This document shows positions 27,184 through 39,170 of a stretch of 42,171 nucleotides of DNA, piece by piece (the first letter of the stretch is position 1; each line of letters opens with the position of its first letter). The notes beneath the pieces are model-generated. The model worked only from the letters and a program-made list of their open reading frames with translations, ran no database searches and was not told where the DNA came from. The DNA is from Chiloscyllium plagiosum (Eukaryota), in the NCBI RefSeq assembly GCF_004010195.1, contig NC_057718.1, positions 61,262,805 through 61,304,975 of the forward strand, read 5' to 3'. The position numbers were made by a program, and so were the translations under genes.

Positions 27184-27389
27184 TTATGTGCTTTGTTCCC
27201 TTAGTCAGAGATATCAGGCACATATTACCGCTGTCTTGCCACGTTGTTTAGCACAGGCACAAAGGCAAGAAGCTTGTCCTGGTTGTCAGTCAAGTCAAGT
27301 CCCCTACAGTGAGGGGATCCCAGCACAGTAAGTCAAGGGCAGTCTCCAATATCAGTGCAGGGGATTAGACAAGATCAGTCAGCCACTTG

Positions 27390-27930
27390 GGATGGTCAGA
27401 GTCAGGCTCCTCTCCTCATTTGGGGTGAGGAGATGAATATTGGACAGTCCTTCACCCATCTTCAATATTTCTGTCTTTCTGGGGGCTACTATCTTATGGA
27501 ATGAAAAAAGAGGCAGGTATTTTAGGAGATGAAAGTGGTTGGCACACTGTTACTGTTGGTGCAGCTGGGGAAGTGTCCTGAGCGAGTGAGTAGGCTGCAG
27601 GGGGCATACAGAATCAGTGGTGTTGGAGGTTGGGTGTGGGTGAGAGTGAGGGAAGATTTTGCATTCAACAGTGAAATTCGTAGAAAATTAGCCTTGGTAG
27701 GAGGTGGATAGAGTCATAGAGTGAGAGATTATGAGCTATTGGAGAGAAGATGGTGCAGTGGACAATGTCATTCACCTTCTTCCTACTGTGCATGTATTCC
27801 TCCAAACAGTTAAGACAGCTTTAAGTCAGACTAACATGGTCTGGCGTCATCGCCTCCACTGGTACTCCTGAAGGAGGAAAACATCCACCAGTCCATCCAG
27901 CAGAACCTCCAGGAGCCTCCTCACTCAACA
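27390..27930 (-). mobile_element. Harbinger-associated Myb/SANT gene relic
   Basis: Minus strand gives RKKVNDIVH (about 27785-27760) and MGEGLSNIHLLTPNEERSLTL (about 27460-27397), the same architecture as 18740-19310. Confidence 0.6.
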
Positions 27931-29810
27931 GGATATCCAATTTCTCTCGGTCTGTCATGGCCAGAGCAGAAATCAGCAACTGTACAAAGTCCACAGGGCT
28001 GGTAATGGGAAAGGCGTGTTGGTGGGGACAAGTTTGACAAGATCAATCCACAGTTGGTATACTGGGCAGAAGATGAGAAGGCAGTTGGGGTTGCTTTGTC
28101 TTGTGCTTTAAGACAATACTGCAGCATGCACACTAAGATAACAATCTCAAATACCCCAAACTGTACATGTCTACCCATACACTCACCCTGAGTCTGCTTG
28201 CTCCTTATCTCTAAGTAAGGCTCATCAACTCCTCATGCACTGTAACACTCCTTGATTAAGGTCTATACGTAAGAGGTATCCAGTACAGCTCTGTTGCTTT
28301 GTGTCCCGGTAGTCTAGTACAGCATTGCCATGTTGTGTTTAATGCATCTCTCTTCACATGCTCTTCTAGACCACAGTCTTCTCTTTTACTGATGTCAGAG
28401 TCATATGATCACCATGATTTGCCTGAATCGCATTACATCACAGCGGCTTCTGCTCCTCAGGAGGTTGTGACAACTGCCTGAATGGACTCTTTAAAGGGGT
28501 CAAAAGAGGTACAAAGGAAAGCTGGAGGATATCTAAAAGAAAGTCACGAACTGGGACTGCAGCTGAAGGAAAGGGGTTTGAGGGGTACTGAAGAGTCAGA
28601 GTCAGATTTAGAAGGGTTGAGTGTCTGTGAGGGGACAAATTAATGGAGGCATGTTGGCAGGAGATTGGATAAATTAAAAGAGTGGATGAATCAGGGGGAA
28701 ATCGAAGATGTAAGGAATAGAAATTAAAGTGACTGAATTGCAACTGCATCCTACTGATTACACAGTTGTTCCTGTTTTAGTAAATCTGAAGACTAAGGCT
28801 TGATGGCTCTTGATCAAAAATTCACAGGTTTTCAGAAAAGGTGTCCAGATTTTGACTCAACAACAAATCACTGGCAAGTTCCAGATCTGTGTAAATGCAG
28901 AGCTGAAATCTCTGGATCTAACATGGGTGGGAACAAAAGAGTATGGACTTGTAAATTACCATGACCTGGTTGCTGGTGACAATCATTTTTGTTAAGGGGA
29001 ATTTGGCAGGCAATGTATTAAGCTCAATGAGAACACTGTTAGCCATTGTAGGAGGCCAATTGAGATTTTACAAGTGACCTCCAGTTTCCAATCTAATCAG
29101 AATTTGTTTAACCACCTGAAGACCTGCCACCTGCAGAAGGCCTGGGCAGTGCCATTGCTCAAGTCAGGCCTGCAGTTCCTCCCCAAGCCTGGGCACAAGT
29201 ACAATCAGAATTTAGGCTGTTGAGCAACTGCCACTTTGCCAACACACCCCACTATACCACACAGTGGTGACCTAGCCAAAGAGGTTTTTCTATTAAACAA
29301 GTTTCGTATTTCAGTTTTTTTTAATTGATGGGTGGGAGACTCCATTTTGAAATGACTTTTCAGCCACTTAGTCTCCATAGTAACCTGTTGTGATTGGCTC
29401 ACCAGCTTCAAGACACTCACCAGGGATCCTCTTCCAATGCCAACTTAAAGGAGACCCCAGTCAAAATCCCAAATATAGATGGCTCCTCCTTGAAAGATGG
29501 TGGGTTCCATACCTGAGACAGTCCCAAATCCTGTTCCTGCCGCCCAGAGGAAAACTGCAGCTGGTGTCAGACTGACTTTTCTCTCATCTTGACCTTTATG
29601 ATGTTGTCAACACATGGCAAGAATAAGTCTGTGGCAAGAACTCCCTGCATCCAATATTTGAGGCTCAAGTAGGAACCCCAAAGTATTTCTCATGACCTGG
29701 TTTTAAAGTTAAGACCTAAACATTTCAGACACTATAAATACCACGAGCTGATCATTCAGATAGAATCTAAAATAACAATTTGCCCTTTGCTAATGTCAGC
29801 TTGTTTAAAC

Positions 29811-30000
29811 CTGAGCAGAACTGGGAACTGACAGCTGACACAAACAGTTAACATTAGCAGCTGATCACTGCTAGAGGAGGTTACAGAGAAATCAATGCAC
29901 TGTATCATCAGCTTGTTTTTACTAAACTCATTTCCTTTTCAGTGTCAGCTTTCTTTAGTGAGCACATGCTATTGATACTTGCAGATGAACACAAATTCTT
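29811..30000 (-). pseudogene. Receptor relic: D4b exon
   Basis: KNLCSS...LAV(fs)SAANVNCLCQLSVPSSAQ|GT. Compare IL12RB2 KNLSVSE...AVSAANSKG and gp130 LTIP. Confidence 0.4.
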
Positions 30001-30079
30001 TCTATTTTGCAAATCACCAGATCTCACTAGGTATTGATCAGCGTTAACCTGAGGTCTAGAAACATTTCCGGATGCGTAC

Positions 30080-30205
30080 TATAAAGGTTGAAAATGTTTG
30101 TGTGCTCCATTCAATAATAGCTGATCACCCGTTGCTGCTCAAAGACACAATGTATGGATTCATGTAACACAGTGCATAAAAATTCAGATGCTGATCACAT
30201 GATTA
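30080..30205 (-). pseudogene. Receptor relic: D3b exon with partial WSxWS
   Basis: FYALCYMNPYIV...IEWS in one frame (30178-30104). Compare CSF3R YELCGLLPAT...WSDWS. Confidence 0.45.
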
Positions 30206-31578
30206 ATTATTGTGTTACATGATTGGTACATATTCAATTATTTCAGCCAAATATTTAATGAGGAGTGTAAATCAAAATAAATTGAGACAATATTAATTCG
30301 TAAAAGCATGAAGGTTTGAATTGGGGCAGGATGTTGAATCTTAACAAATCTCAAAACCAACCTCCTTCCAACAATCCCACAGTCCAACTTCCCATTTAAA
30401 TGGCGGTGCATCAGGGCAACCACACCACTTCCAGGAGATAGTGAAACACAATGCTGAGTCTGGGTGCTTCAGAATTTTCTGTTCTTCCTGGTTTAATCCT
30501 GGTTTTAACCAGGTTTTTTAACCTCCATGAATTCTACAGCTAAATAGAGGCAAAGACAGATACATGGAATGGCTGAATGTCATTACAGAACACATTTTGG
30601 GTCAAGGGGAGATGGAGTGCCCCCTATGGTTAACCAAACTATCCCACTACCCTCCAAGCAGTCAGGTCACTCTTCCTTAAGATTAGACCCTATCCCTGCC
30701 CTGATAATGGAACACACTGCAATTGGGTCTTTCCAAAATGCACCACCCAATCTCCAACACACAATTAAACACCCGCTCCATGACTGCTGACATCTCCAAC
30801 AATGCTTCCCTCACAACTAGCCCCTTTCTGATAATGCTTTTTCTTACTCTTAGCCTCCAAGATCACCTTTGAAACCTTCTCAACCCTCTCAAGCATTATT
30901 TTATTAAGTCCACCCACCTCGCAAATTTATACCTAGGCATCAGAAAACATAGTGAATTCTAGGATGCGACCCAATTGGCAATGACAGTGAATCAAGTTTG
31001 CCAATCAGGATGGCTTCCAGGCTGTCCAGTTGTGTAAAGGGGAATCTTAAACCTTAAACACATCAACTTCCTTACCTGTTCTTCCTTACCTTGTTGGCAG
31101 CCCATATGGAAATCCCATCACTATGAAGATCAGTGTAAATTAGTTCCTGAATTCAGTTGAATGTTCTCTCTATATTCTGTTTGCTGTGCACAGGCGACAT
31201 GTTGCACTGTGCATTCCCCAAAAAATTGACATGCAACATTCCATGTCTTAAAGGAAACATTGCTTCTTAAAAGCAATTTGTTCCCAATAATTGTGCGCCC
31301 TTGCAGCTTAGAGGGATTATTGGCTGGGTAGGTAATTTTCAACAAGAATAACTAAATCAGTTTAACCTGTCTGAACTAATTTGATTGATTTAGAATTAAA
31401 CTGTGATCCTAATGCTAGCTCAGTGGCAGGAATAGGCTGGGTAAGTGGTTAACATTGTAAAAATTGACTTTGTTCAACCATTCCCACTGAAAACACAGTG
31501 ACTGTCATGGAGCTGACTTATTATAAATGCACCAGCTTGAAAGATGTAGTCTCTTGAGCAGATTCAAGAATGAGACCA

Positions 31579-31763
31579 TTATGTCGTTTGGATCCTGACA
31601 AATCTTAACTGCAGCACTGAATTTCCCAACCTGTAGCCAACACACTGAATAAATACCACTGAGACAAGTTTTACAAACTGACTAACATGACTGAAGCAAA
31701 CAATTACTCAACAGTAGGCACTTAGGTCTTTAAGATATGTGTGTCATTAGAAGTAGTGCATTT
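31579..31763 (-). pseudogene. Receptor relic: D2b exon
   Basis: KCTTSNDTHILKT*VPTVE*...NLSQWYLFSVLAT(fs)VGKFSAAVKICQDPNDI versus CSF3R NCQTQGDSILDCVP...[24 protein letters not shown] (from memory). Confidence 0.6.
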
Positions 31764-32454
31764 CTAAGCCAGTTCAGCATTTTGCATCTTTATCGCTTCT
31801 TTCTCCCTTCCCTAATCTCATTATTACTTGCCACTGATTGTGCACAATCACAGGGTTTGGCAGTATTTCTGGAAGGACGATAAGAATTATTGGCTGTGTA
31901 GGGATCTTATGGCTGCTCCAGAGTGGGAAATGTGATGTGTGGGATGACTGAACAAGACAAAGTGGAAATTTTGGTTTCCTGATGGCAGATTTTTGTCAGT
32001 GGCATTTCAAGCCTCATACCGTCCTGTGGCAGGTTGCAATATATTAAGCTTTATTCCTCTTTCTTTTTATCCTTACTCTTAAATTATTCAAAATGGCACT
32101 GGATTGTGGCAAAGTTGAGAAAGCTTTTCATGTATTTTATTGTTCTCATTGTAAGATACACGTGACAATAAATCATTCATTTATTCATTCATTCAATGTT
32201 TTCTATTAATCCTATGAATGGATCAAGATTTGAGTGAACAGAAGCTCAGCAAAAGCCTGAACAAGCAGTTTGAACAGGATGATTCCAGGCAAACACCTAA
32301 CAGACTAGAGTAGCGTTTGATGTATTGTGATTTCGTAATTTTATGAGATAAGCTAGACTGAGCAAAGGGCCCTTTCCTGTCTGTCATCATTTATATTTTC
32401 ATGTGCTTATATACTGGATCAGCTGGAAGAAAGCAGTCAGGTGGTACAGTTTGA

Positions 32455-32745
32455 AGATAGTTCCGCTCAGTCAACAAGAGTTATATTCATTGATCTTTCT
32501 CAGGAAATACCTGTGCAGGAGTCTTCACTTCACCAGATGATTGTCACAGATCTCAGCCAATTGCTACAGGACCTGATGCCATGTCTCCCTGTTGGCTATC
32601 AATGTGAGCAACTGCAATCAGGCCCTCACCACATTCCTCCTGTGAGTGAACAGAGTATTAACTTTCTAATAGATGCCAACTGCCACAATGAGAGGGCTCT
32701 GGAATTTGGGATAATCACTGGCTTCCCTCTTGTGCATGCTCTCCA
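32455..32745 (+). mobile_element. Degenerate PIF/Harbinger transposase fragment
   Basis: FIDLSQE...IVTDLSQLLQDLMP and INFLIDANCHNERALEFGIITGFPLV match HARBI1 N-terminal motifs (ERA..F..IAGFP.V). Confidence 0.7.
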
Positions 32746-32959
32746 TACGTGGAGTTACAAGCACACAAGAAGCTGAATCATTGACATCAGCGAACAGGAG
32801 GAGCTACCACGCCACCCATTTCCATGTGGGGTGTGTGATCACTGGAGAAGGATAATCCAATGGTTTCATGAGAATAGAAAATGCAGGAAATACGCAGAAA
32901 GTTTGGCAGTATCTCTGGAGACAGGATATGATCTTATAACTGCTCTAGATGCAGTGGGT

Positions 32960-33074
32960 GGGATGATTGAATTAGACAGAAGAGAAAATTTTGGTTTCCA
33001 ATGGCAGATTTTTGTCAGTCGCACATCAAGCCTCATACCATCCTGTGGCAGGTTGCAATATATTTGTCATAAAT
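32960..33074 (-). pseudogene. Receptor relic: D2a exon (partial second copy at about 31950-32045)
   Basis: CAG acceptor, ..DKYIATCHRMV*GLMCD*QK..(fs)ETKI. Compare YPPDKP.NLSC......C.W..G.ET.L. Confidence 0.45.
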
Positions 33075-33574
33075 CTGCATGCCATAAATAGTTGATGGCA
33101 TAAAACTTTATTAATTGCATCTTAACTTCATGATAAAGACAAAAGTGTGTGACGATATAAAAGTAATGAAATATATATGTATGATTCCTCTTTCATTAAA
33201 AACAAAACCTCTCTAATATTGCTAAAAACATGTATTATCCAAACTTTTTCTTTTGCACTATCAGAATAGATGCAAGAACATTAAAGTTCAAAGGGAACAC
33301 CAATTTATATTGCATGAGATATAGGGTGTTGGTTGGCTTGCAAGTTGATTCTGTTTGCCTGAGGTATTGCCATGGAGAATAATTGTCCCAAAGATTTGTT
33401 GAAATTCTAAAAAGGTAGCTACCTCTGTTGGTGATGATGTGCCATGGGGAATGTACAAGGGAACAGTGTCCCTACATATTTACTAAATTGTAAAGGGCAC
33501 AATGCTTGGACAAATTCCATCTGGATGTATTTTCCTATAAAATCATGTCCCCTATCGCGACAAGGGGACAAGCT

Positions 33575-34500
33575 GAATCCATACAGTTCAACAAATTTGT
33601 TTAACTCCATTGGAGGTGAACTGAGTTCGACAATCATGTATTACTCTTTCTGGTACTGCTGAGATGATGGTAGTGGCTTTCAAACCTTTCAACTTTCAGA
33701 TAAAGGAGAACTTTGAGCAGACATCTGTAACCATGAGATATGAATGACTGTGTGTGAATAAATTGTCTCCCACAGAATGCCATGGTCTGCATGCGATTTC
33801 TATAGTTACCATCTCTTTCTGCTGTGTACTTCTGGCATCTACTGCAATTCAGAGTGCATTCTGCAGATGCTTTTATAGGCACCTATCCAGAAATTACCCC
33901 ATTCCCTTGTGTATCTTCTGTGGACATTCTCCCTGCATCTTTTTTTGGGTACAATGGTTCTGGATGTAGCTAGTAGAACTGCATCGTCTCACAAAATTTC
34001 ATGTCTGATTAATCAATATTGTTGTATTGCTGGCTGTGTTTGTTGTATCTTACCCAGTCATACCTGGACCTTCTATTGAGAGAACCTTTGTATCTTCTCA
34101 TCTTTGTGGTCTCATCTCTAATTCGACTCAGTTTTAGTGATGTAACATTTACTAACTGATGGATTTTATGATAACAAATGAGATAGGATATCTGCTAGTA
34201 CTATTCCCCTTCCTGGTTTGTATTTCCAAGTGAACTGTAACCCTGAAGCCTCAAGCGAAATCTTAGCCATCACGCTGGAGCTCCAGAGATTCTTCATGTA
34301 GATCTACTCCAGTGGACAATGATCAATCTCCATTATGAATCTCCTACTGCTAAAGGTATGTATGGAATTTCTCACATCGATTCATGATTTTCAAAAGCTC
34401 TTACTATGTTGCCTTTTCAAGTTTCAGATGATACTCAGGCTTTAGATGCAAATGCTATCAGTTTTCCATCCTAGACCAGCGTACTCTTAGCCTTTTTGTA
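33575..34500 (-). mobile_element. Gypsy LTR retrotransposon relic: RNase H and integrase
   Basis: Minus strand gives DGKLIAFASKA, CEKFHTYL, IDHCPLE, RLQGY..KYKPG..VLADILS, then QKIHKG..CSRCQKY..RPW..VG, QFTS..KFVELYGF. Confidence 0.85.
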
Positions 34501-34544
34501 GAGAGGCATATTTATTGCCATATGTAACAATCTTCTAAAAATCC

Positions 34545-36495
34545 TTAGATTGAAAACTGCCAATGTAACATCCTTATTGAAAAGAAAGGGAGACAAATAG
34601 CAGATGAGTATAGGCCAGTTGCTTAACATTAGTTATTGGGAAAATATTAGAAAACATTATAAAGTGCATAGTATCAGAGTATTTAGAAATACATACATAA
34701 TTAGGCAGAGCTAACGTGGTTTCATGAAGGAGAGATCATTCCTGAAAATTTACTAGAATTCTTTGAGGAGGTTACAACTAGAAATTAATAAATGAAGGGA
34801 ATAGATAGATTTTCAGAAGGTGTTTGATAAGGTACCACACGTTTCTATGTAATAAGATAAGAGCCCAAGTGTCGGACGAGATATATAAGCATGCACAGAG
34901 GACCAGCTGACTAATAGAAGACAGGGTTTGAGTAAGGGGACAATTTTCAGGATGGCAACTTGTAGCTAGTGGTGTACCAGAGATCAGTGCTAGAGCTTAT
35001 AATGACTTGGATAATGAAAATGAATGTACTATAGCCAACTTTGTGGATGACCCAAAAATGACATGGCAAAGCAAGTGGTGAGCATGACACAAAGAGTCTG
35101 CAGAGGTGTATAGGCAGATTGAGGAATTGGAAAAAGTATTAGAGGTGAACAGAATATATTGTGGGAAAATGTGAGGTAATGCTCTTCAGTAGGAGCAATA
35201 GAGGAATTCAACATTATTTAAATGGCGAGAAACTGCAAAAAGCTCAGGAACAGAGGCCTTTTCTCTGAATGACAAAAAGCGAGCTTCCACATTCACTGGA
35301 TAATAGGGTTGACAAATAGAATGTTGACCATTATTTCATAAGGAATGGAATGTAAAGGTAAGGAAATGTTGTTAAAACTGCACAAGGCACTATTAAGATC
35401 AGAGCTGGAATACTGTGAATACTTATGGGCCCCTTATATAAGGAAATACTGACATTGTAGGCATTCCAGAACTGATACCAGGTAGAAGGAACGGTCTTAT
35501 GAGGACAAATTGGGTAGTTTGGCTCTGTGCTCATCAGAATTTAGAAAACTCTGAGGTGACCTTATTTAAACATGCAAGATTCTCAAGTGACTTCTCAGGG
35601 TAGATGCAGACTCTCTTGTGGGAGAGTGTAGAAATAATCTCAGACAAAGAGGTTGCCCATTTAAGACAGGGAAAAGAAGGATTTCTTTTTTTCAGTGGAT
35701 GGTGAATCTATGAAATTCTTTACCACAAATGGTTAGATCATTAATTATATTCAAGGCTATGGCAGACAGACTTTTAGGAAAAAGGGAGGACCCCAGATGC
35801 TGGAGGTCAGTGTCGAAAAGTGTGGTGCTGGAAAAGCACAGCCAGTCAGGTAGCATCCGAAGAGCAGGAGAATCGACTTTTCAAGCATGAGCTCTTCATC
35901 ATGAATGGAGGGAGGAGTGACCCATGAGGGCTGAGAGATACATGGGAGGGGATATGGGGCTGCGTGTAAGGTAGCTGGGAATGTGATAGGTAGATGAAGG
36001 TGGGGGGTGATGGTCAGAGAAGAGGGTGGAGTGGATAGGTGGGAAGGAAGAACCATCCTCTCTGACCTGTCACTGTCACCCACTCGGCAAAAGTGAGGAC
36101 TGCAGATGCTGGAAACCTGATTCCTGATGAAGAGCTTTTGCCCGAAACATCGATTTTCCTGCTCCTCAGATGCTGCCTAACCTGCAATGCTTTTCCAGCA
36201 CCACTGTCTCCCACTATCTTCATTGACCTATCACATTCCCAGCTACCTTACTCCCAGCCCCACCCCCTCCCATGTATCTCTCAGTCCTCTTGGGCCAATC
36301 CCTTTTTCCTGATGAAGAGCTCATGCTCAAAACTTCGAATCTCATGCTCCTCAGACAGACTTGCAATCAATAAGGAACAAGGGTTAAAGGGAAAAGGCAA
36401 AGGTTGAGGATTATCAGAACAGCTATGATCTCATCGAATGGCACAGCAGTCTTGATGAGCTGAGTGGCCTATTTGCCTGCTCCTATATCTTATGG
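34545..36495 (+). mobile_element. CR1-type LINE (degenerate RT to 3' UTR), interrupted by a Penelope insertion
   Basis: ANVT.L..RK..YRPV.LT.V.GK.LE, GFMKERS.L.NLLEFFEEVT, DFQKVFDKVPH. The 3' tail resumes at about 36356. Confidence 0.88.
35775..36355. mobile_element. Composite Penelope terminal-repeat fragments in alternating orientations
   Basis: Several pLTR pieces with hammerhead cores at 36124 and 36309 (+) and about 35875-35902 (-). Flanking direct repeat CAGACAGACTT at 35763-35773 and 36352-36362. Confidence 0.8.
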
Positions 36496-36574
36496 ACCCT
36501 ATGGACAGACTTGTTTCTTTGGATTTACTGAAATTTCTCTCAGCAGTTTTGGTTGGTTTTCTGACATGTGATTT

Positions 36575-36718
36575 TAGATTAGGTTCTCTACAGTGTGGAA
36601 ACTGGTCCTTTGGCCCAACAAGTCCACATCAGCCCTCCAAAGAATAACCCACCCAGACCTATTCCCCTACGCTATATTTACATCTGACTAATGCACCTAA
36701 TACGATGGGCAATTTACC
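36575..36718 (-). mobile_element. Partial SINE (3' part)
   Basis: Reverse complement of a SINE tail and body, cut off by the adjacent younger SINE. Confidence 0.8.
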
Positions 36719-36722
36719 TTAC

Positions 36723-37029
36723 AGATTACATTACAGTGTGGAAACAGGCCCTTTGGCCCAACAAGTCCACACCAACCCGCCGAAGCGCAACCCACCCATA
36801 CCCCTACATTTACCCCTTACCTAACACTACGGGCAATTTAGCATGGCCAATTCACCTAACCTGCACATCTTTGGACTGTGGGAGGAAACCGGAGCACCCG
36901 GAGGAAACCCACGCAGACACGGGGAGAATGTGCAAACTCCACACAGTCAGTCGCCTGAGGCGGGAATTGAACCCGGGTCTCTGGCGTTGTGAGGCAGCAG
37001 TGCTAACCACTGTGCCACCGTGCCGCCCA
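36723..37029 (-). mobile_element. tRNA-derived SINE, full length, CpG-rich (young)
   Basis: Reverse complement of the 3439-3760 family with many CpGs retained. Confidence 0.92.
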
Positions 37030-37039
37030 CGGTGCCACC

Positions 37040-37395
37040 ATTTAGAAAATCATGAGCGCATGGATAGGGTGAATAGCCAAGATCTTTTTTTCCATGAGAA
37101 GGGAGTCCAAAACTAGAGGGTATAGGTTTAAGGTGAGAGGGGAAAGATAGAAAAAGGGCCTAAGTGGCAACTTTTTCATACAGTTGTGTGTATGGAATGA
37201 GCTGCCAAAGGAGGTGGTGGCAACTGGGACAATTACAATATTTAAAAGGCATCTGAATTGGTATATGAATTGGAAGGGTTTAGAGGAATATGGACCAAGT
37301 TCTGGCAAATAGAACTAGAATAGATTAGGTTATCTGATCAGCATGTATGAGTTGGTCAAAAGGGTCTGTTTCTGTGCTGTACATTTCCATGATTC
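37040..37395 (+). mobile_element. CR1-type LINE 3' end
   Basis: MDRVNSQDLF..KTRGYRFKVRG, VWNELP, then the 3' tail. Confidence 0.88.
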
Positions 37396-37399
37396 ACTG

Positions 37400-37770
37400 A
37401 GATGTTTATAAAATCACGAGACACATGGATAGGGTAAATAGACAAAGACTTTTCCCTGGGGTGTCAGAATCCAGAACTAGAGGACATAGATTTAGGGTGA
37501 GAGGTGAAAAATTAAAAAGGGACCTAAGGAGCAACTTTTACACGCAGAGAGTGGTGTGTGTATGGAATGAGCTGCCAGAGGAAATGTTGGAGTCTGATAC
37601 AATTGCAACATTTAAAAGATATCTGGATGGGTACATGAATCGGAAAGGTTTAGAGGAATATGTTCCAAGTGCTGGCAAATGGGACTATATTAGTTTAGGA
37701 TATCTGGGCAACATGGATGGGTTGAACCAAAGAGTCTATTTCCATGCTGTATATCTCTATAAATCTGTGA
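37400..37770 (+). mobile_element. Second tandem CR1-type LINE 3' end
   Basis: MDRVNRQRLFPGVSESRTRGHRFRVRG...FYTQRVVCVWNELPEE. Confidence 0.9.
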
Positions 37771-37814
37771 CAATGATTCTGTAAATGCAAGAAAGCAGAA
37801 GCAGGAATCTGTAC

Positions 37815-39170
37815 CAATGAAAGGGTGTTGAATATTGTCAACAGTCAAGACTTCTTATCAAACTACACGTCGCAGTACCCTTTTCAAGCCTCAGGCTTGC
37901 AAAAAGAATTTGCCCCTACTGGTATTAGTGCGATCTCTTCCATTGTTGGAATAGAGTGCTGATCTCATGTTATTGTTTCAGTGAGGTCTCTGCAATCCAT
38001 GCAAATTCTTCAATGTCCACATGGTTTCTCCCCTCCTCACAATAGGACTTAACAAGTCTGTATGCTCTGTGTTTCTACCAATCATCTTTGTTTCTCTTCC
38101 ATCTTTTGGAGCTTTCTTTCAGATTTTCCTTTGAGTTGCTTTAGTTCTATTGGTATTTTACATGGGACATAAATCAATTTTGATGTGATTTTCAAAATCT
38201 TCAGAACATTCAAACAGCTCATTAAAACATTCTGGATATAAGATTTTTCTTGCTTCTGATAAGAGGATGCTTTACACTGAGTGCACTACCTTTAACCCTC
38301 AGTGATTCACCTCCATGTTATTGTTTGCTGAGTTAAGCTACAGCACCTCATAATTGTTCAACCACAGGATATCAGGACCATGTGTCTTAGTAATGTAGTA
38401 CATCTGGTAAGGATCTCTCTACCTTCAGGGAAAACCTCTGATTTAGGTTCCTTTTAACGGTCAAACCTCAGTTCCCCCATATACTGCCAGTGTGACGTTG
38501 CTTGACTTCAGAGCAGCTTCCATTAGGTAACCAATTTTCTTTCAAATTTTCAAGCGAAGACCTTCTGGTGTAGACTGAAGGTCTTCCAGTGTGTGGATGT
38601 TGCTTTTTTAGTCTGTCTCTGATAAATCCTTTATCATCTTCTCTGTTTGTTCTGCATATTTAATGATATAGTTTTTGAATATCTCTTTGATCTATATATG
38701 GGACATCTCCCCTCATCTGTGAACCCATGTGGTCATCCACAGTTTTTATACATCTCCCTCAACCTAATGTGCTTCTTTTGTTGTCATTTCACTGCATCAA
38801 CTATGCTACCTTTCTCTTGACTTAACTGAAAGTCACTTGTCTGATGAGGCAGGATCTTCAAATGTTCACTCATGCCTTCTAATGTTGTGGCAGTGGCTCT
38901 TTGTGCCTTAAGTTGTGCACAGCTCCAGGTTACCTGATCCTCCAGCCTTTTGTCTGTTTCTTTGAATTGACGTTTTCTCTCTACAATTCTCAGTCTCAAG
39001 AAATTGTCAACAGGCTCATTTGGCTCTGCTTCAGGCTTTGCAATTCATTTCGGTGGATCCTTTACTTTGACTTTAGACAGAACAGTGTGTTGTATTCTGG
39101 AACATTTTGCCTTTTGTTTTACTTTTGCCCTCACTCATCAAGAACTCTAAATCTTTTCTCTTCTGCTCAT
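37815..39170 (-). mobile_element. Gypsy LTR retrotransposon relic: gag, protease and RT N-terminus
   Basis: Minus strand gives RICMDCRDLTETIT*DQHSIPTMEEIALIPVGANSFCKPEA*KGYCDV*FDKKS*LLTIFNT, matching Gypsy RT LRIC.D.RDLN..I..EH.PIPT.EEI...L.GA..FSKLDA..GYW.V.LD..S..LTTFNTP. Confidence 0.82.

Noticed and set aside
31988..32028. RSS-like GATTTTTGT...TCCTGTG in both copies of the direct repeat
   Set aside because: The spacer is 25 bp (not 12 or 23), the heptamer lacks the required consensus, and no V/D/J segment is adjacent.
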